64,000 nucleotides of DNA from positions 651,599-715,598 of the forward strand of contig OY970327.1 in the NCBI GenBank assembly GCA_963717365.1. The letters run 5' to 3'. Shown here one piece after another: positions 27,013 through 37,300 of this stretch (the stretch's first letter is position 1; each line of letters begins with the position of its first letter). The notes beneath the pieces are model-generated. The model had not been told where the DNA came from. It saw nothing but the letters and a program-made list of their open reading frames with translations, and made no database searches. The translations under genes and the position numbers were made by a program. Source of the DNA: Candidatus Saccharimonadia bacterium (GTDB lineage Bacteria > Patescibacteriota > Saccharimonadia > Saccharimonadales > 2-12-FULL-41-12).

Positions 27013-27410
27013 CCCCGTCACATTATCTACCATGATAACGCGCATATTAGGGGTCAGCTTTCTATTTGATTTGATACAAAGTATCTCGACATTAACTCGT
27101 AAATAGATCCTACAAAATCCATACCATTGTATATACAGCGGCATAGAAATCATAGTCTCTTAAGATGCGGTTCAGAGAAGTTAAAAACTCTAAATTCGCA
27201 AATTTTTGTTCTTGCCGGCTTTAGTACAGTTGTTTTTGTTGCTATACCTGTGTTTCATTAAATTTTAATGAAGTCGAGGTATAGTACTCGAAACCTTATG
27301 TAGTAAAAGCTTAGAAAACTGGCTAATATGTCACGTGCTGTCAGGTTTCGCAAGCGAAAACTGGATATTTGGCTTGCAAGGCAAGCCACATGATAAACAC
27401 TGTGACGGGG
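27013..27410 (-). other. 23S insertion 1 (about 360 nt extra): stem-bounded expansion/intervening sequence in a variable helix upstream of the CCCGAAGTTACGG block
   Basis: It is bounded by ccccgtcac (27013-27021) and gtgacgggg (27402-27410). The interior is AT-rich with several local hairpins (ggcttgc-aag-gcaagcc at 27371-27387; gtttcgc..gcgaaaac). It has no ORF with a convincing product. It contains module copy b. Confidence 0.7.
27241..27288. repeat. Copy b of the 48-nt near-palindromic module (inverted relative to copies a and c), inside 23S insertion 1
   Basis: Sequence gctatacctgtgtttcattaaattttaatgaagtcgaggtatagtact. Its reverse complement matches copy c at 45 of 48 positions. Confidence 0.85.
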
Positions 27411-28603
27411 CAGACCTTATCCCGAAGTTACGGTCGCTGTATTGCCGAGTTCCTTGACGAAGAATCACTCGTACACCTTGGTCTACTCGACCTGAGCACC
27501 TGTGTCGGTTTGCGGTACGGATAGCGTAGTCCACGCGTTTCGTTGCTTTTCTGGTCAGCTCTGTTACCGGAATTCGATTCCAGAGGAACCGTTTCATTCG
27601 TAGGTATTTCTCCTACTTAGACGGGTATAACCATGAACCCGCTCCGGCTAATAAGCCGCGCACACGAAACAAAACTACACTAGTACGGGAATATTAACCC
27701 GTTGTCCATCGCCTACGCTACGCGCCTCGGCTTAGGACCGACTAACCCTGGGACGATTATCGTGGCCCAGGAAACCTTGCTCTTTCGGTGGGCAGGATTC
27801 TCACCTGCCTTATGGTTACTCATTCCAACATTCTCACTTCCTCACGCTCCACCGGACCTCGCGATCCGACTTCAACGCAGAGAGGAACGCTCCTCTACCG
27901 CTCATATAAATATGAACCCATATCTTCGGTACTATGCTTTAGCCCCGTTACATTTTCCGCGCAAGATCTCTTGATGAGTGAGCTGTTACGCACTCTTTAA
28001 ATGAATGGCTGCTTCTAAGCCAACATCCTCATTGTTTAAGAAATCTCACCTCGTTTCCCACTGAGCATAGATTTGGGGACCTTAGATGATGGTCTGGGCT
28101 GTTTCCCTTTCGAGCGCCGATCTTAGCACCGACGTTCTAACTGCAGCGATTCCACAGATGGTATTCGTAGTTTATCAAGGGTGGGTACGCTTACGCGCCC
28201 CAGTCCGAAACAGAGCTCTACCCCCACCTGCTACCACGCCACGCTAGCCCTAAAGCTATTTCGAGGAGAACCAGCTATCTCCAGGTTCGATTGGCATTTC
28301 ACCGCTAACCACAGGTCATCCGAGAGTGTTGCAATACTCGACGGTTCGGTCCTCCACGACGTTTTACCGTCGCTTCAACCTGCCCATGGTTAGGTCACCT
28401 GGTTTCGGGTCTACTAATACACACTATATCGCCCTATTCAGGCTCGCTTTCACTACGCGTCCGTCAAATGACTTACGCTTGCGTGTATCAGTAACTCGTT
28501 GGATCGTTCTACAAAAAGCACCCCGTCACCCCTTGCTGGGCTCCGAGTCCTTGTACGCACATAATTTCAGGTTCTATTTCACTCCCCTTCCGGGGTTCTT
28601 TTA

Positions 28604-28634
<31 letters not shown>

Positions 28635-28811
28635 ATCGTAAGATATATTTAGCCTTAGGAGGTGGTCCTCCCAGATTCAAACAGGGTTTCTCGTGCCCCG
28701 TCCTACTCAACAAAACAATAATAAGGTTAGCAACGCTTAACATACCGGGCTTTCACCGTCTTTGGCCAGTCTTTCCAAACTGTTCTGCTCGCATTGCTGA
28801 TTTCTTACCTT

Positions 28812-29082
28812 ATGCAAGATGATGGTAGATCTTGCTGCCAACACGGAACACTGTGTTTTAAGTACTATACCTCGACTTCATTAAAATTTAATGAAACGTT
28901 GGTATAGCTGCGAAAACATGTATCGGCTTGTGGCCGACTCAGTGCTCTGTACTGGTTTTTTGTAATGTTACAACCCCTTTTAGATATTCGTCTACCAACT
29001 TATTTGCCGCCGTTGCCAGCTGCCCTCGCAATCTGTAAACAGATTGGTCAAACAACAAGCTGACAGGCAAAAACCTAAAAAG
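28812..29082 (-). other. 23S insertion 2 (about 250-270 nt extra) in domain I
   Basis: It lies between ...ctgttctgctcgcattgctgatttc and gtttgggctattccagtttcgctcgccactac, where E. coli has only about 20 nt as I recall it. It contains the hairpin gcaagat..atcttgc (28814-28835) and module copy c. Confidence 0.65.
28861..28908. repeat. Copy c of the 48-nt near-palindromic module, inside 23S insertion 2
   Basis: Sequence agtactatacctcgacttcattaaaatttaatgaaacgttggtatagc. The arms pair ctatacc/ggtatag and ttcattaaa/tttaatgaa around a 5x5 internal loop. Confidence 0.85.
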
Positions 29083-29750
29083 TTTGGGCTATTCCAGTTT
29101 CGCTCGCCACTACTCCCGGAATCATTGTTTATTTTCTCTTCCTCTGGGTACTAAGATGTTTCAGTTCCCCAGGTTACCGCTGCCTTGCCTATATATTCAG
29201 CAAAGAGTGATTAGACATGACTCTAACCGGGTTTCCCCATTCGGACATCTTCGGTTCAAAGTTTGATTGGCAACTCCCCGAAGCTTATCGCAGCCTTCTA
29301 CGTCCTTCATCGGTATCTTACGTCCAGGCATCCATTTTGTGCGCTTGAGTAACTTTTTATGAAAGTTAAATGAGACAAAACCTTGGGTTTTTTCTCATCG
29401 CTGCGCTGCTCTTTTTCCTAAGAAGAAAAGCTTATCTCGAAATAAATTCGAGATCGCTTTGATGAAATATGCCTTTGGCTTCTCATTTTGCATTTGACTA
29501 GTTATCGGTAATTACCAGCGAATTTCATTTTACTGAAACCTGCTAAATAACGTTTGCGATAACGATGTCGTCTATTTACTAATGTCAGTCCAAATTTTTA
29601 AGTTGCAAAACTCTAATTCCTTTAAGACAAACAGAGGTAAAACCACCCCATAATTGTTTGTCGGAACTCAAGTTTACGCTTGGGGGTTTGTTCGCTATGG
29701 CTACTGAGCCCGGCGAAACCTCACGGCCTAAACTTGAGGGTAACTTGACT

Positions 29751-29779
29751 ATCATAGCAATTTTAACAGAGAGGGTCAA
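29751..29779 (-). promoter_or_regulatory. Sigma-70-like promoter of the 23S-5S operon
   Basis: The minus strand reads TTGACC (complement 29774-29779), N17, TATGAT (complement 29751-29756). This would give a structured leader of about 385 nt, for example CTCAAGTTTA...TAAACTTGAG as a 10-bp stem at about 29640-29735. Confidence 0.55.
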
Positions 29780-29823
29780 GTATTATGCGCTGTTATAAAT
29801 ACTACACATTGGCAGGTGTTTGG

Positions 29824-30612
29824 CTAATCTAAACTGACGATATAATGGACGATCTGCTCTTTGGTCAACGGTTTGGTAGCGCGAATAAATATCAGCAAGT
29901 CCTTTTTGGCAAAAATAACGGTTTGCGTTCCGTCCTGGGAAGATGTGCCAGTATATGCTTTTATGCCTGGCGCCTCGATGAGCTTGGTAGCTTTAAGATT
30001 TGTAGCTAGTTTCAGGATTTCCCCATCAGGATCCTGCTTAAAGGATACAGGTAGCGGTTGTTGACTGACGGTAACATTGATGCCGGCTATCTTGTCTCCG
30101 TAGCTAGCAACGCCTTTTTCTGGATCAAAGCCGGTAGCCGGCTTTGATTGCTCGGCAGTTTGCGGTAGCACTGTGTCGAAGGTGGGTGTGGCTGGCTTAA
30201 CATCGGTGACAGTACTAGAGACAGTTCCTTCGTTCTTATTATTTAGACTCATAAAAACGGCAAATCCCAGTAATATGACAACGAGAACGGCTGCTGCCAC
30301 CAGAATACGCCGGCGCGGCAAACGCGCCAGCTTAACCTGTTTGACCCGTTTAGCCCAACTAGTTAGTTTAGGCATTGGCGGCAGTTTAGGTCGCTTGATT
30401 TTTGGTAACTTTAATTCTATTGAAACTATTTTGGGTGCCTTTTTGGTAGCTGAAGATTTAGCTTTAGGGGTTGCTGGTAAAGGTTCTGGGGCGGAACGGC
30501 GAGCTGAAGGTGATACGGGCTCGTAGAAAGAAGCTTTTGGGCGGACGTGCTTAGGCGGAGCTACACCGCTCAATGAGTCAATTGGCTGTTTGCCCCCATA
30601 TTTGTTTGCCAT
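29824..30612 (-). CDS. Single-pass membrane protein with a Lys/Pro-rich N-terminus (hypothetical)
   Basis: I prefer ATG 30612 (MANKYGGKQPIDS...). The longer ORF to 30699 would overlap the divergent gene start. The TM helix is ILVAAAVLVVILLGFAVFMSL, followed by an extracytoplasmic domain of about 130 aa. TACAAT lies 6 nt upstream of the ATG, so the mRNA may be leaderless. Confidence 0.55.
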   Translation of the reverse strand: MANKYGGKQPIDSLSGVAPPKHVRPKASFYEPVSPSARRSAPEPLPATPKAKSSATKKAPKIVSIELKLPKIKRPKLPPMPKLTSWAKRVKQVKLARLPRRRILVAAAVLVVILLGFAVFMSLNNKNEGTVSSTVTDVKPATPTFDTVLPQTAEQSKPATGFDPEKGVASYGDKIAGINVTVSQQPLPVSFKQDPDGEILKLATNLKATKLIEAPGIKAYTGTSSQDGTQTVIFAKKDLLIFIRATKPLTKEQIVHYIVSLD

Positions 30613-30667
30613 AAACACATTGTAACGAAAGCCTGTTTTCCGTGCTAATATTGTGAGGTAAATTCTT

Positions 30668-31414
30668 ATGACTATTCGAATAATCCTTAACCGCCGCAAT
30701 TTGTTGATTGGACTGGCAGCGCTAATTCTTATTATTGCTAGTACGGTGCTACTGGTTAAGCATCTCCAGGGTCAAACGCAGGCCAAATACTATGGGAAGC
30801 AGTTGGAGCTGCTAAAGAACGATGTTGCAGCGATTGATTCTCTCAACCAACGAGAGAGCCTAAAGGGCTCCTTAACAGATCAAGTTGTCCTCTATCAAAG
30901 CAAGCTTACGGGTATTGTGAACGTCTGCGGTAACATAGCGGCTAACGCCGACAAAACCAAAGATGATCCCAAGAACAAGCGAATTGCCGAGCAAATCAAG
31001 CAAGTTTCTACGCTATGCAGCGATATGGTGACCGTGACCGTCTATGCCCAAAAACAAGCCGATGCCACCCGGAATTTTGTGCTCTTCCCGGCCGATTCTT
31101 TGTCTGAACAAAAAAACGTAGCGAGCTTTACGGATACGTTACGGTTAACCAAAGCCAGTCTGGAAGGCTTGAAACAAGATCCAATAAATGATCCTGCCGT
31201 ATCTGAACAGATAATAATCTTGGAACAATTGCAACTGTTAGCAGGCGGAGCTGACGAAAAGACTACCGACTTTAACGCGCTCGCACGGCAAACTAGTATT
31301 CATCAAGTTAATTTTCTTAATGCCCGGAGTTACTACTGGACAAATACCATACTGATTGGAGACCTGAGAAATTCTATTGCTTCCCTGCAGAGTGAATTTA
31401 ACGCGCAAAAGTAG
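30668..31414 (+). CDS. N-terminally anchored hypothetical protein (alpha-helical, 248 aa)
   Basis: GAGG lies about 10 nt upstream of the ATG. The N-terminal TM is LLIGLAALILIIASTVLLV. No recognisable catalytic motif. Confidence 0.6.
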   Translation: MTIRIILNRRNLLIGLAALILIIASTVLLVKHLQGQTQAKYYGKQLELLKNDVAAIDSLNQRESLKGSLTDQVVLYQSKLTGIVNVCGNIAANADKTKDDPKNKRIAEQIKQVSTLCSDMVTVTVYAQKQADATRNFVLFPADSLSEQKNVASFTDTLRLTKASLEGLKQDPINDPAVSEQIIILEQLQLLAGGADEKTTDFNALARQTSIHQVNFLNARSYYWTNTILIGDLRNSIASLQSEFNAQK

Positions 31415-31420
31415 CGTTCC

Positions 31421-34108
31421 TTAATCTCTGGCCCAGAAGAAAGACCGCTTTGTACCGGAGCAAAAATAGGCTCCAGAACGTAGCAAGGCGTCAGTTGTTG
31501 GAGTGTTGCGGCAGAAGTTGATTTCTGGCACAACACTATATGATCCATTGACTGTGGCATCGTTCAGTAAAATTGGGGTTGCGTCATTATAGGTTGCACG
31601 AAAGCAGTAGGCGCCAAATGCATTGAAGTCTCGCATTGTGAAATCCCACATACCGTCTTGGCCTATGGGAACCGCGGCGACAGTCGTGAAAGCATTGGCT
31701 TCTTCTATGGTTTGTCTCACGGTAGAATGGCCACTATGGACAGGGTCGCCAGTAAGCCCCGCGGCTAGCGTTACACCGTCTGCCAGCGAAGAGTTGTCGT
31801 GATACCGGATCTCATTACTAGAAGTGGTGACATCTTGGTAATTTTCATTTACAAAGGCAGTATCGCAGGTTCCTACCTTGGGGGCATATTGCAACTTCAG
31901 ACTTTCTTCGCCAATACCCAATTGCGCCACGCTAACATGTAGTAAAAGTCGTAGCCTAAAGGTAATATTTGTGCTGGCTATAGCTGCGGTGTCCTGGGGC
32001 GTACTAAGCCACGTGCCGCCGTAGTCGAGATCAAATTTCTGGATGCGCCATTGTTGGTTGGATACACCAAGACTACGATCGCCCCCTGATGTATACAAAT
32101 AATTACGTAGCAAATCTACGGCAATCCACGCTGGCGCATCATCATTGGCACTTGGGTCAATAATTACAGCACCGCTCGTTCCAAATGAGCTGACCAGAGC
32201 ACCATCGCTACGATTACGTTTCTCTATACGCCAGCGAATATTAGTACCTGAATTATCCTCCTGGCCGGTAGTATAGATATACCCTCCCGCATCATCCAGA
32301 TCAAGGTCAAGTAGTTGATCATCACCAGTAGTTAAGTTATATGTAACTATACCGTCGGTATCAAAAGCAACGCCACAGTTGGCAGCCGTACAGAGTGCAC
32401 CGGTAGTAGCATTAAGCTTCTCGAGACGCCACTGGTTACCACTGGTTGAGTCAAAACCGCCGACATAAATTGCATTACCCGGTGTATCAACTTGGAAGGT
32501 CAGTATTTGATCGGTACCGGCCGTTGGTGTCTCCGTATAGACCCCATTGGTGGCAAATTGCGTGCCGCAATTGGCAGCACTACAGAGTGCTCCATCGCTG
32601 GTACGACGTTTTTCCATGCGCCAGTCAGTATTCGCGTTAACATACCAGCCCCCTGCATACACATAGCCGTTTTGGGGATCAACCGAAATTGTTCTAATAC
32701 GGTCGCTGCCGGTACCGGGATTATTACAGGCATAACCAGCTGTTGCTGAACAACCGGTGCCTGCCGCTTGGTTAAAACTCGAGCCTACCGCACCGGTTAA
32801 TGAGTTATATTTACCAATAAGCCATTTATCGTTAGTAGCCGTTTCATAGCCACCGACATAAATAAAACCGTTCACACCATCTATATCAATCGAGTTCAGT
32901 GAACCAGCACCGGGAAAACCGGCCCCAGAGTTAATGATGCCATCGGTATCAAATGCCGTGCCACAATTAGCTGCCGTGCATAGGGCAGCATCGCTGGTAC
33001 GACGTTTCTCTATACGCCAAGTACCGCCGCTATTACCGGCAACGTATATATAGTTGCCTGTTGGATCAATAGCAATACCACCTACGTTACCCGTCACTCC
33101 TGTCGGATAGGCGAACGCCGCGACTAGTGAGCCATCATTAATATTTCTTTTCTGAACCCGCCACTCAGTTGTAGTATAGCCTCCTATGTAGAAAAAGCCG
33201 TTGGCGCTGTCGGTAGCCAGACCACGAATAGTATCGTCTGTAGCAGAAGGGTTAGAAACGATAAACTCGGAACCGTTGGAATCTATATTACTAAGAAAGC
33301 GGAAAGATGATTGGTCAAGCGCAGGCCTGAGAGGATTGAGCGCCACCATGTGGGCGGCCCAATCGTCGCTGGTAACCGTAGACGTTTTGTTGCCGGTAGC
33401 TCCGGCAACCGCTTGCAAGCCATCATCAGCTGATATACCTGTACTGAGTGCTTCTATGTCGTAGCGTTCGGTCATACCGCTAACAGTAGATGCTACACTA
33501 TCGTTGTGTGCGCTACTGAACACTAGCATTGTATTGTTCCGAAGGGTTGTAAATCCAGTTGCAGTGGCAGTGGTACTGTTGCCGAAATTAGCACTCTTGG
33601 AAGCGCCGCCATTATCTATAACATTGGTAGTATCAACACCGCTAAAAGCTTGAATACCGGCCACTCGAAGTCCTGAACCAGGCACGGTGAAAACATAGTT
33701 CGCCGGTGGGGTCCCACTGACGACATGATATAAGGTTTTTAGGCACTTATTGGGTGTCCCACTGGCATCTGTATAACTAATTGTTGTCCAGCCAGCCAGG
33801 GTAGCATTGCAATCTGAGTTATTATCAGTACCAAAAGTAGCTACAAGGACATCCCCGATGTCTATACTTGCCGGCGCAGTGATAGTCATGGTTGGGCCGG
33901 CACTACCGTTAAAAGTACTAGAGGATCTGTAAACAATCGCCGCTTCTGCCTTTTGAGGTGGCACAATAATAGTAGCCGTTATAACTAAGATAAATGAAAT
34001 AGTAAGCGCAACACCCTGCCGCCTAATAGCGCGTATCCTTGACTTGAACAGTTGTTTTTTAACTGTTCTTTGTTTTTGCTTGTGCAAATATTTTTTGAAA
34101 ACCCTCAT
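31421..34108 (-). CDS. Secreted beta-propeller repeat protein (895 aa)
   Basis: A signal peptide ends at ...PPQKAEA|AIVY. The N-terminal domain of about 200 aa resembles an internal domain of G3. It is followed by about 7 repeats of 60-70 aa of the form YV(A/G)G...W(R/L)(I/V/L/M)EK(R)...DG(A/S)L..(AANCG)..F...G, for example TWRIEKRRTSDAALCTAANCGTAFDTDG, DWRMEKRRTSDGALCSAANCGTQFATNG, QWRLEKLNATTGALCTAANCGVAFDTDG and RWRIEKRNRSDGALVSSFGTSG. Confidence 0.75.
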   Translation of the reverse strand: MRVFKKYLHKQKQRTVKKQLFKSRIRAIRRQGVALTISFILVITATIIVPPQKAEAAIVYRSSSTFNGSAGPTMTITAPASIDIGDVLVATFGTDNNSDCNATLAGWTTISYTDASGTPNKCLKTLYHVVSGTPPANYVFTVPGSGLRVAGIQAFSGVDTTNVIDNGGASKSANFGNSTTATATGFTTLRNNTMLVFSSAHNDSVASTVSGMTERYDIEALSTGISADDGLQAVAGATGNKTSTVTSDDWAAHMVALNPLRPALDQSSFRFLSNIDSNGSEFIVSNPSATDDTIRGLATDSANGFFYIGGYTTTEWRVQKRNINDGSLVAAFAYPTGVTGNVGGIAIDPTGNYIYVAGNSGGTWRIEKRRTSDAALCTAANCGTAFDTDGIINSGAGFPGAGSLNSIDIDGVNGFIYVGGYETATNDKWLIGKYNSLTGAVGSSFNQAAGTGCSATAGYACNNPGTGSDRIRTISVDPQNGYVYAGGWYVNANTDWRMEKRRTSDGALCSAANCGTQFATNGVYTETPTAGTDQILTFQVDTPGNAIYVGGFDSTSGNQWRLEKLNATTGALCTAANCGVAFDTDGIVTYNLTTGDDQLLDLDLDDAGGYIYTTGQEDNSGTNIRWRIEKRNRSDGALVSSFGTSGAVIIDPSANDDAPAWIAVDLLRNYLYTSGGDRSLGVSNQQWRIQKFDLDYGGTWLSTPQDTAAIASTNITFRLRLLLHVSVAQLGIGEESLKLQYAPKVGTCDTAFVNENYQDVTTSSNEIRYHDNSSLADGVTLAAGLTGDPVHSGHSTVRQTIEEANAFTTVAAVPIGQDGMWDFTMRDFNAFGAYCFRATYNDATPILLNDATVNGSYSVVPEINFCRNTPTTDALLRSGAYFCSGTKRSFFWARD

Positions 34109-34152
34109 ATCTTATGGGGTATTCTACCAAGTAAACCGCTTATTTTAAATGG

Positions 34153-34314
34153 CTAGATGTCCATTATTTGCATGTCATCCATGATCTGTTCAATCAGGCC
34201 GGTCTGCTTTTTAAGTTTGTAGCGTGATAGTTTTTTGCGCTGAGGCCGGACAACTTCGTAGACAAGCCGATTGTTTGGATTTCCTTTCTTGTTGGTGTGT
34301 ATTTTAGGTGCCAT
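34153..34314 (-). CDS. Possible small basic protein (53 aa) between G3 and the propeller gene
   Basis: It is not in the ORF track. My own translation is MAPKIHTNKKGNPNNRLVYEVVRPQRKKLSRYKLKKQTGLIEQIMDDMQIMDI. The ATG lies 12 nt after the G3 stop. There is no Shine-Dalgarno. Confidence 0.3.
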   Translation of the reverse strand: MAPKIHTNKKGNPNNRLVYEVVRPQRKKLSRYKLKKQTGLIEQIMDDMQIMDI

Positions 34315-34325
34315 GATAGTGTCCG

Positions 34326-37300
34326 TTACTTACTCTTGTAACTTATTGTTATATCGCCGGCCCGGGCGATCTCATTATTTACTCCGACAGACAGCGTGAG
34401 ACGAATAGTCATAACCTCATTAGCACTTGGGATACAACCGGAAGATGTATAGGTGGTTTGGGTCCAGGTAGTTGTGTTCGCAATGCTTGTTGCCGTACCG
34501 CAAACCACACCGGCAGTGTTATACATAGTCATAGTCACGCTGGTGCCGGCCGAACTGCTGCTTCTCCAACCGCTAAATTGCACTGGGTTAGAGGCAGCAA
34601 AGCTGCTAAAGTCACTTGGCAACTGGTAACGGACCCAGATGTCGTAGTCGTTGGTGGCCTGGGCAGTCCACGCGTAGTAGTTGCGTGACTCATCAACCGC
34701 ACAGTTAGTACCCACCACATTGATGGAGAGCGCTGGAGAAGTTGTACGGTTGATACAGAAATCAGACGTCATGGTACCTGTGTTATTACTGCCGTCACCA
34801 GTCATCACCGCGCCCTGGTACTCTGGGGTTAAGGTGATTGTCTGGTCTAACGTACTACAGCTGCCCCAGACACCGCTTTCGTAACACTGGATGCGACCCA
34901 AAGTGCTATCGTAGTACATCGCGCCGTTAACACCGGCGCCGTCAGCGGATGGCGCGGTGGTGGCAGTATCTAGTACGAACTGGGTAGTGGCCGTAGTGGT
35001 GCCTGTGCTGTTGCCTACTTTTATAAAATTGCCACTGGTATCAATGTTGAACATGACGTCGGCGGCGGCCGCTGATTGTACTTTGAAGGCAGCCGCGTCG
35101 GTCCTGTTGATTAGCAAGCTACCATCGGTTGCCAATGTACTGGCAGAGGATTCGTAAAGATTTGCACTATTTGAGCCAAAGTAAACAGCATTTCCGGTAG
35201 TAGTTGCGCTTCTGAAGTATACCGCGTTGCCCTGGTTGTTGAGTTCCAGCGTTCTACCCCCCCATGACTGTATGAATGCATTCGATCCATTTGCTCCAAA
35301 CGTAAGAGCTTCTGAGCCGGCGACCGATCCCATCAGACGTAACCCGTAAGTGTTCGGTGTAGCTTGTACAAGGGTAGCAGCCTGGGTAACAGTTAAGTTA
35401 TCGTCTGTCATTAGGATGTCCGCACTCGGTCGATAAAGGTTAACTGAGTTAGCGCCGCCAGCACCGAAGACTATGCCGGACTTACTGCCGGTGCCTACGG
35501 CTCCGATTTTTACTTCTTCAGCAGTGCCATCGGCAGCATCTATGCTGCCGGTTGCATATATTTCTCCATTTGCTTGCAAGCTGGCGTATGTGGATGGACC
35601 AGTGTATGAGACTATGTTACCGCTTGCGGTAAACACTCCCCCTGTATTGAGCGAGTTTGCTGCGGAGCGATAGAGACTGGTATCGGTGCCAAAGTATAGT
35701 CCACCACTCGCTGCGGTAGTGTCAGTTCCTACTGTCAGAACTCCATTAGCCGGCACAGCAGCCGGTCCGATAGCCAGCCGAGAGGTGGAGCCATCAATCC
35801 GGAGAAGATTGGTAGCTCCTGTGGCATCTTGGACTCTGAAGTCATTGGTTCGGAAATAAGGTGAAGCTTGACCGTTCGATGGTACAATGGCGATAGAAAC
35901 GGTTCCGTTGCTTCCTCCTGCTTTAGCGGACAAGGCATAGCCAATAATTCCGCTGGTAGCATTATTGTCAGCCGTAGCTCTGCCCGCCGTAGTACTGGTA
36001 ACAAGCTGATCCCCGACGGCGACGGCTGAGGTATCGACGTTAATCGTAGTGTTACCTGCGAATATTACCGAAGTATTGAGGCCGGTAGTCTGCGAAATGA
36101 GCGAGACTCCATAGACCCTCGTATCCCGGGCAGTAGTCGTGGTTTCTACTCGATTAGCAACGGCGGTGCTGCGAACCACTACATCACCTGCCGCAACGCT
36201 GCCGTTAACAGTGGCTATCTTTTGGATATAACCTAGATTGTCCGCACCCGTATTAAGAGTGAAGTCTTGACTGGCTGCTACACGAAGCCCAATTATATTA
36301 CCGTTGGTAGAGGTAATATGAGAGCTACAGTCTAGAGTCCCGCTTGCCCCGTCTACCGTACAACCAGTCGCACCCGAACCGCCGGCAATGTTGATGGTGG
36401 CGGCAGCGGCAGCGGCCGGGCCTATATTGAACGTAGCGGCTGCCGCACCCAGGGTAATGTTGGTCGGAGTAGCGAATAAGGCTAGGGTGGCGGCATTGCT
36501 GTTGATGGCAGGAGCGTTCAGGTTAATGGTAGCAGCGTTCTGGAGAGTGGTAGTACCGGCTATTGTAGAACCGATGACAACATTATTGGTTGAGCTGGCT
36601 GTAGTGTTGTTGCCTATATTAATAGTCTGCGTAACCGCACCGGTGGTGTTACCTATCTGGACGGTGTTGGCTACTCCGGAAGATCCTATGCCGATAGTGC
36701 CGGAAGTAGCTGATTGTATGGAGACAGCAGAGGCACCATTGCCACCCTGTATAAGAGTCGTGTGGGCGGCTCCGCCTATGCTACCGAGAGTAACACCGAC
36801 TGTACCGGTAGTCGTACCGCCGTTACCGATAGCTACAGTGTTGGTAGTGCCGGCACCTGGGGTGCCGTTGGCGATGTTAACGATCTTGCCGCCGGACGTA
36901 GTTGAAGTGCCGCCGCCGATGGTTATAGTCTGAGTAGAAGCGGTGCCGTTAGCCGACTGGATATTCAGGAGCTGGGTGGCAGCCGTGGTGGCCTGACCGA
37001 GCGTTATGGTACCGGTCTGGGTGGTGCCGCCGACAGTGATGGTGCCGGCAACTGCCGCGCTGCCGATGGCAATAACATTGTTACTGGCCGTACCAACATT
37101 GATGGTACCGCCGGCTCCGGCCTGAATGTTAACAGCGGTTGAGCCCGTGCCACCCTGGATGCTAGTGGTAGAGGCGTTGGTAGTAGAACCAATAGAGATG
37201 AGGTTGGTACCGGCACCGGTTGGTGCCGTGTTGCCGATGTTAATAGTCTTACCACCGGCTACGCTGGTAGCACCGGTGCCGATGTTGAGGGTATCGATGC

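Noticed and set aside
27013-27410. Group I/II intron interpretation of the 23S insertions
   Set aside because: The insertions sit at the apex of variable helices and are closed by complementary flanks, which is expansion-segment/IVS behaviour. They are not at conserved intron sites, and I see no P-helix/G-binding-site or domain V-like signatures and no intron ORF. This still needs a covariance-model check.
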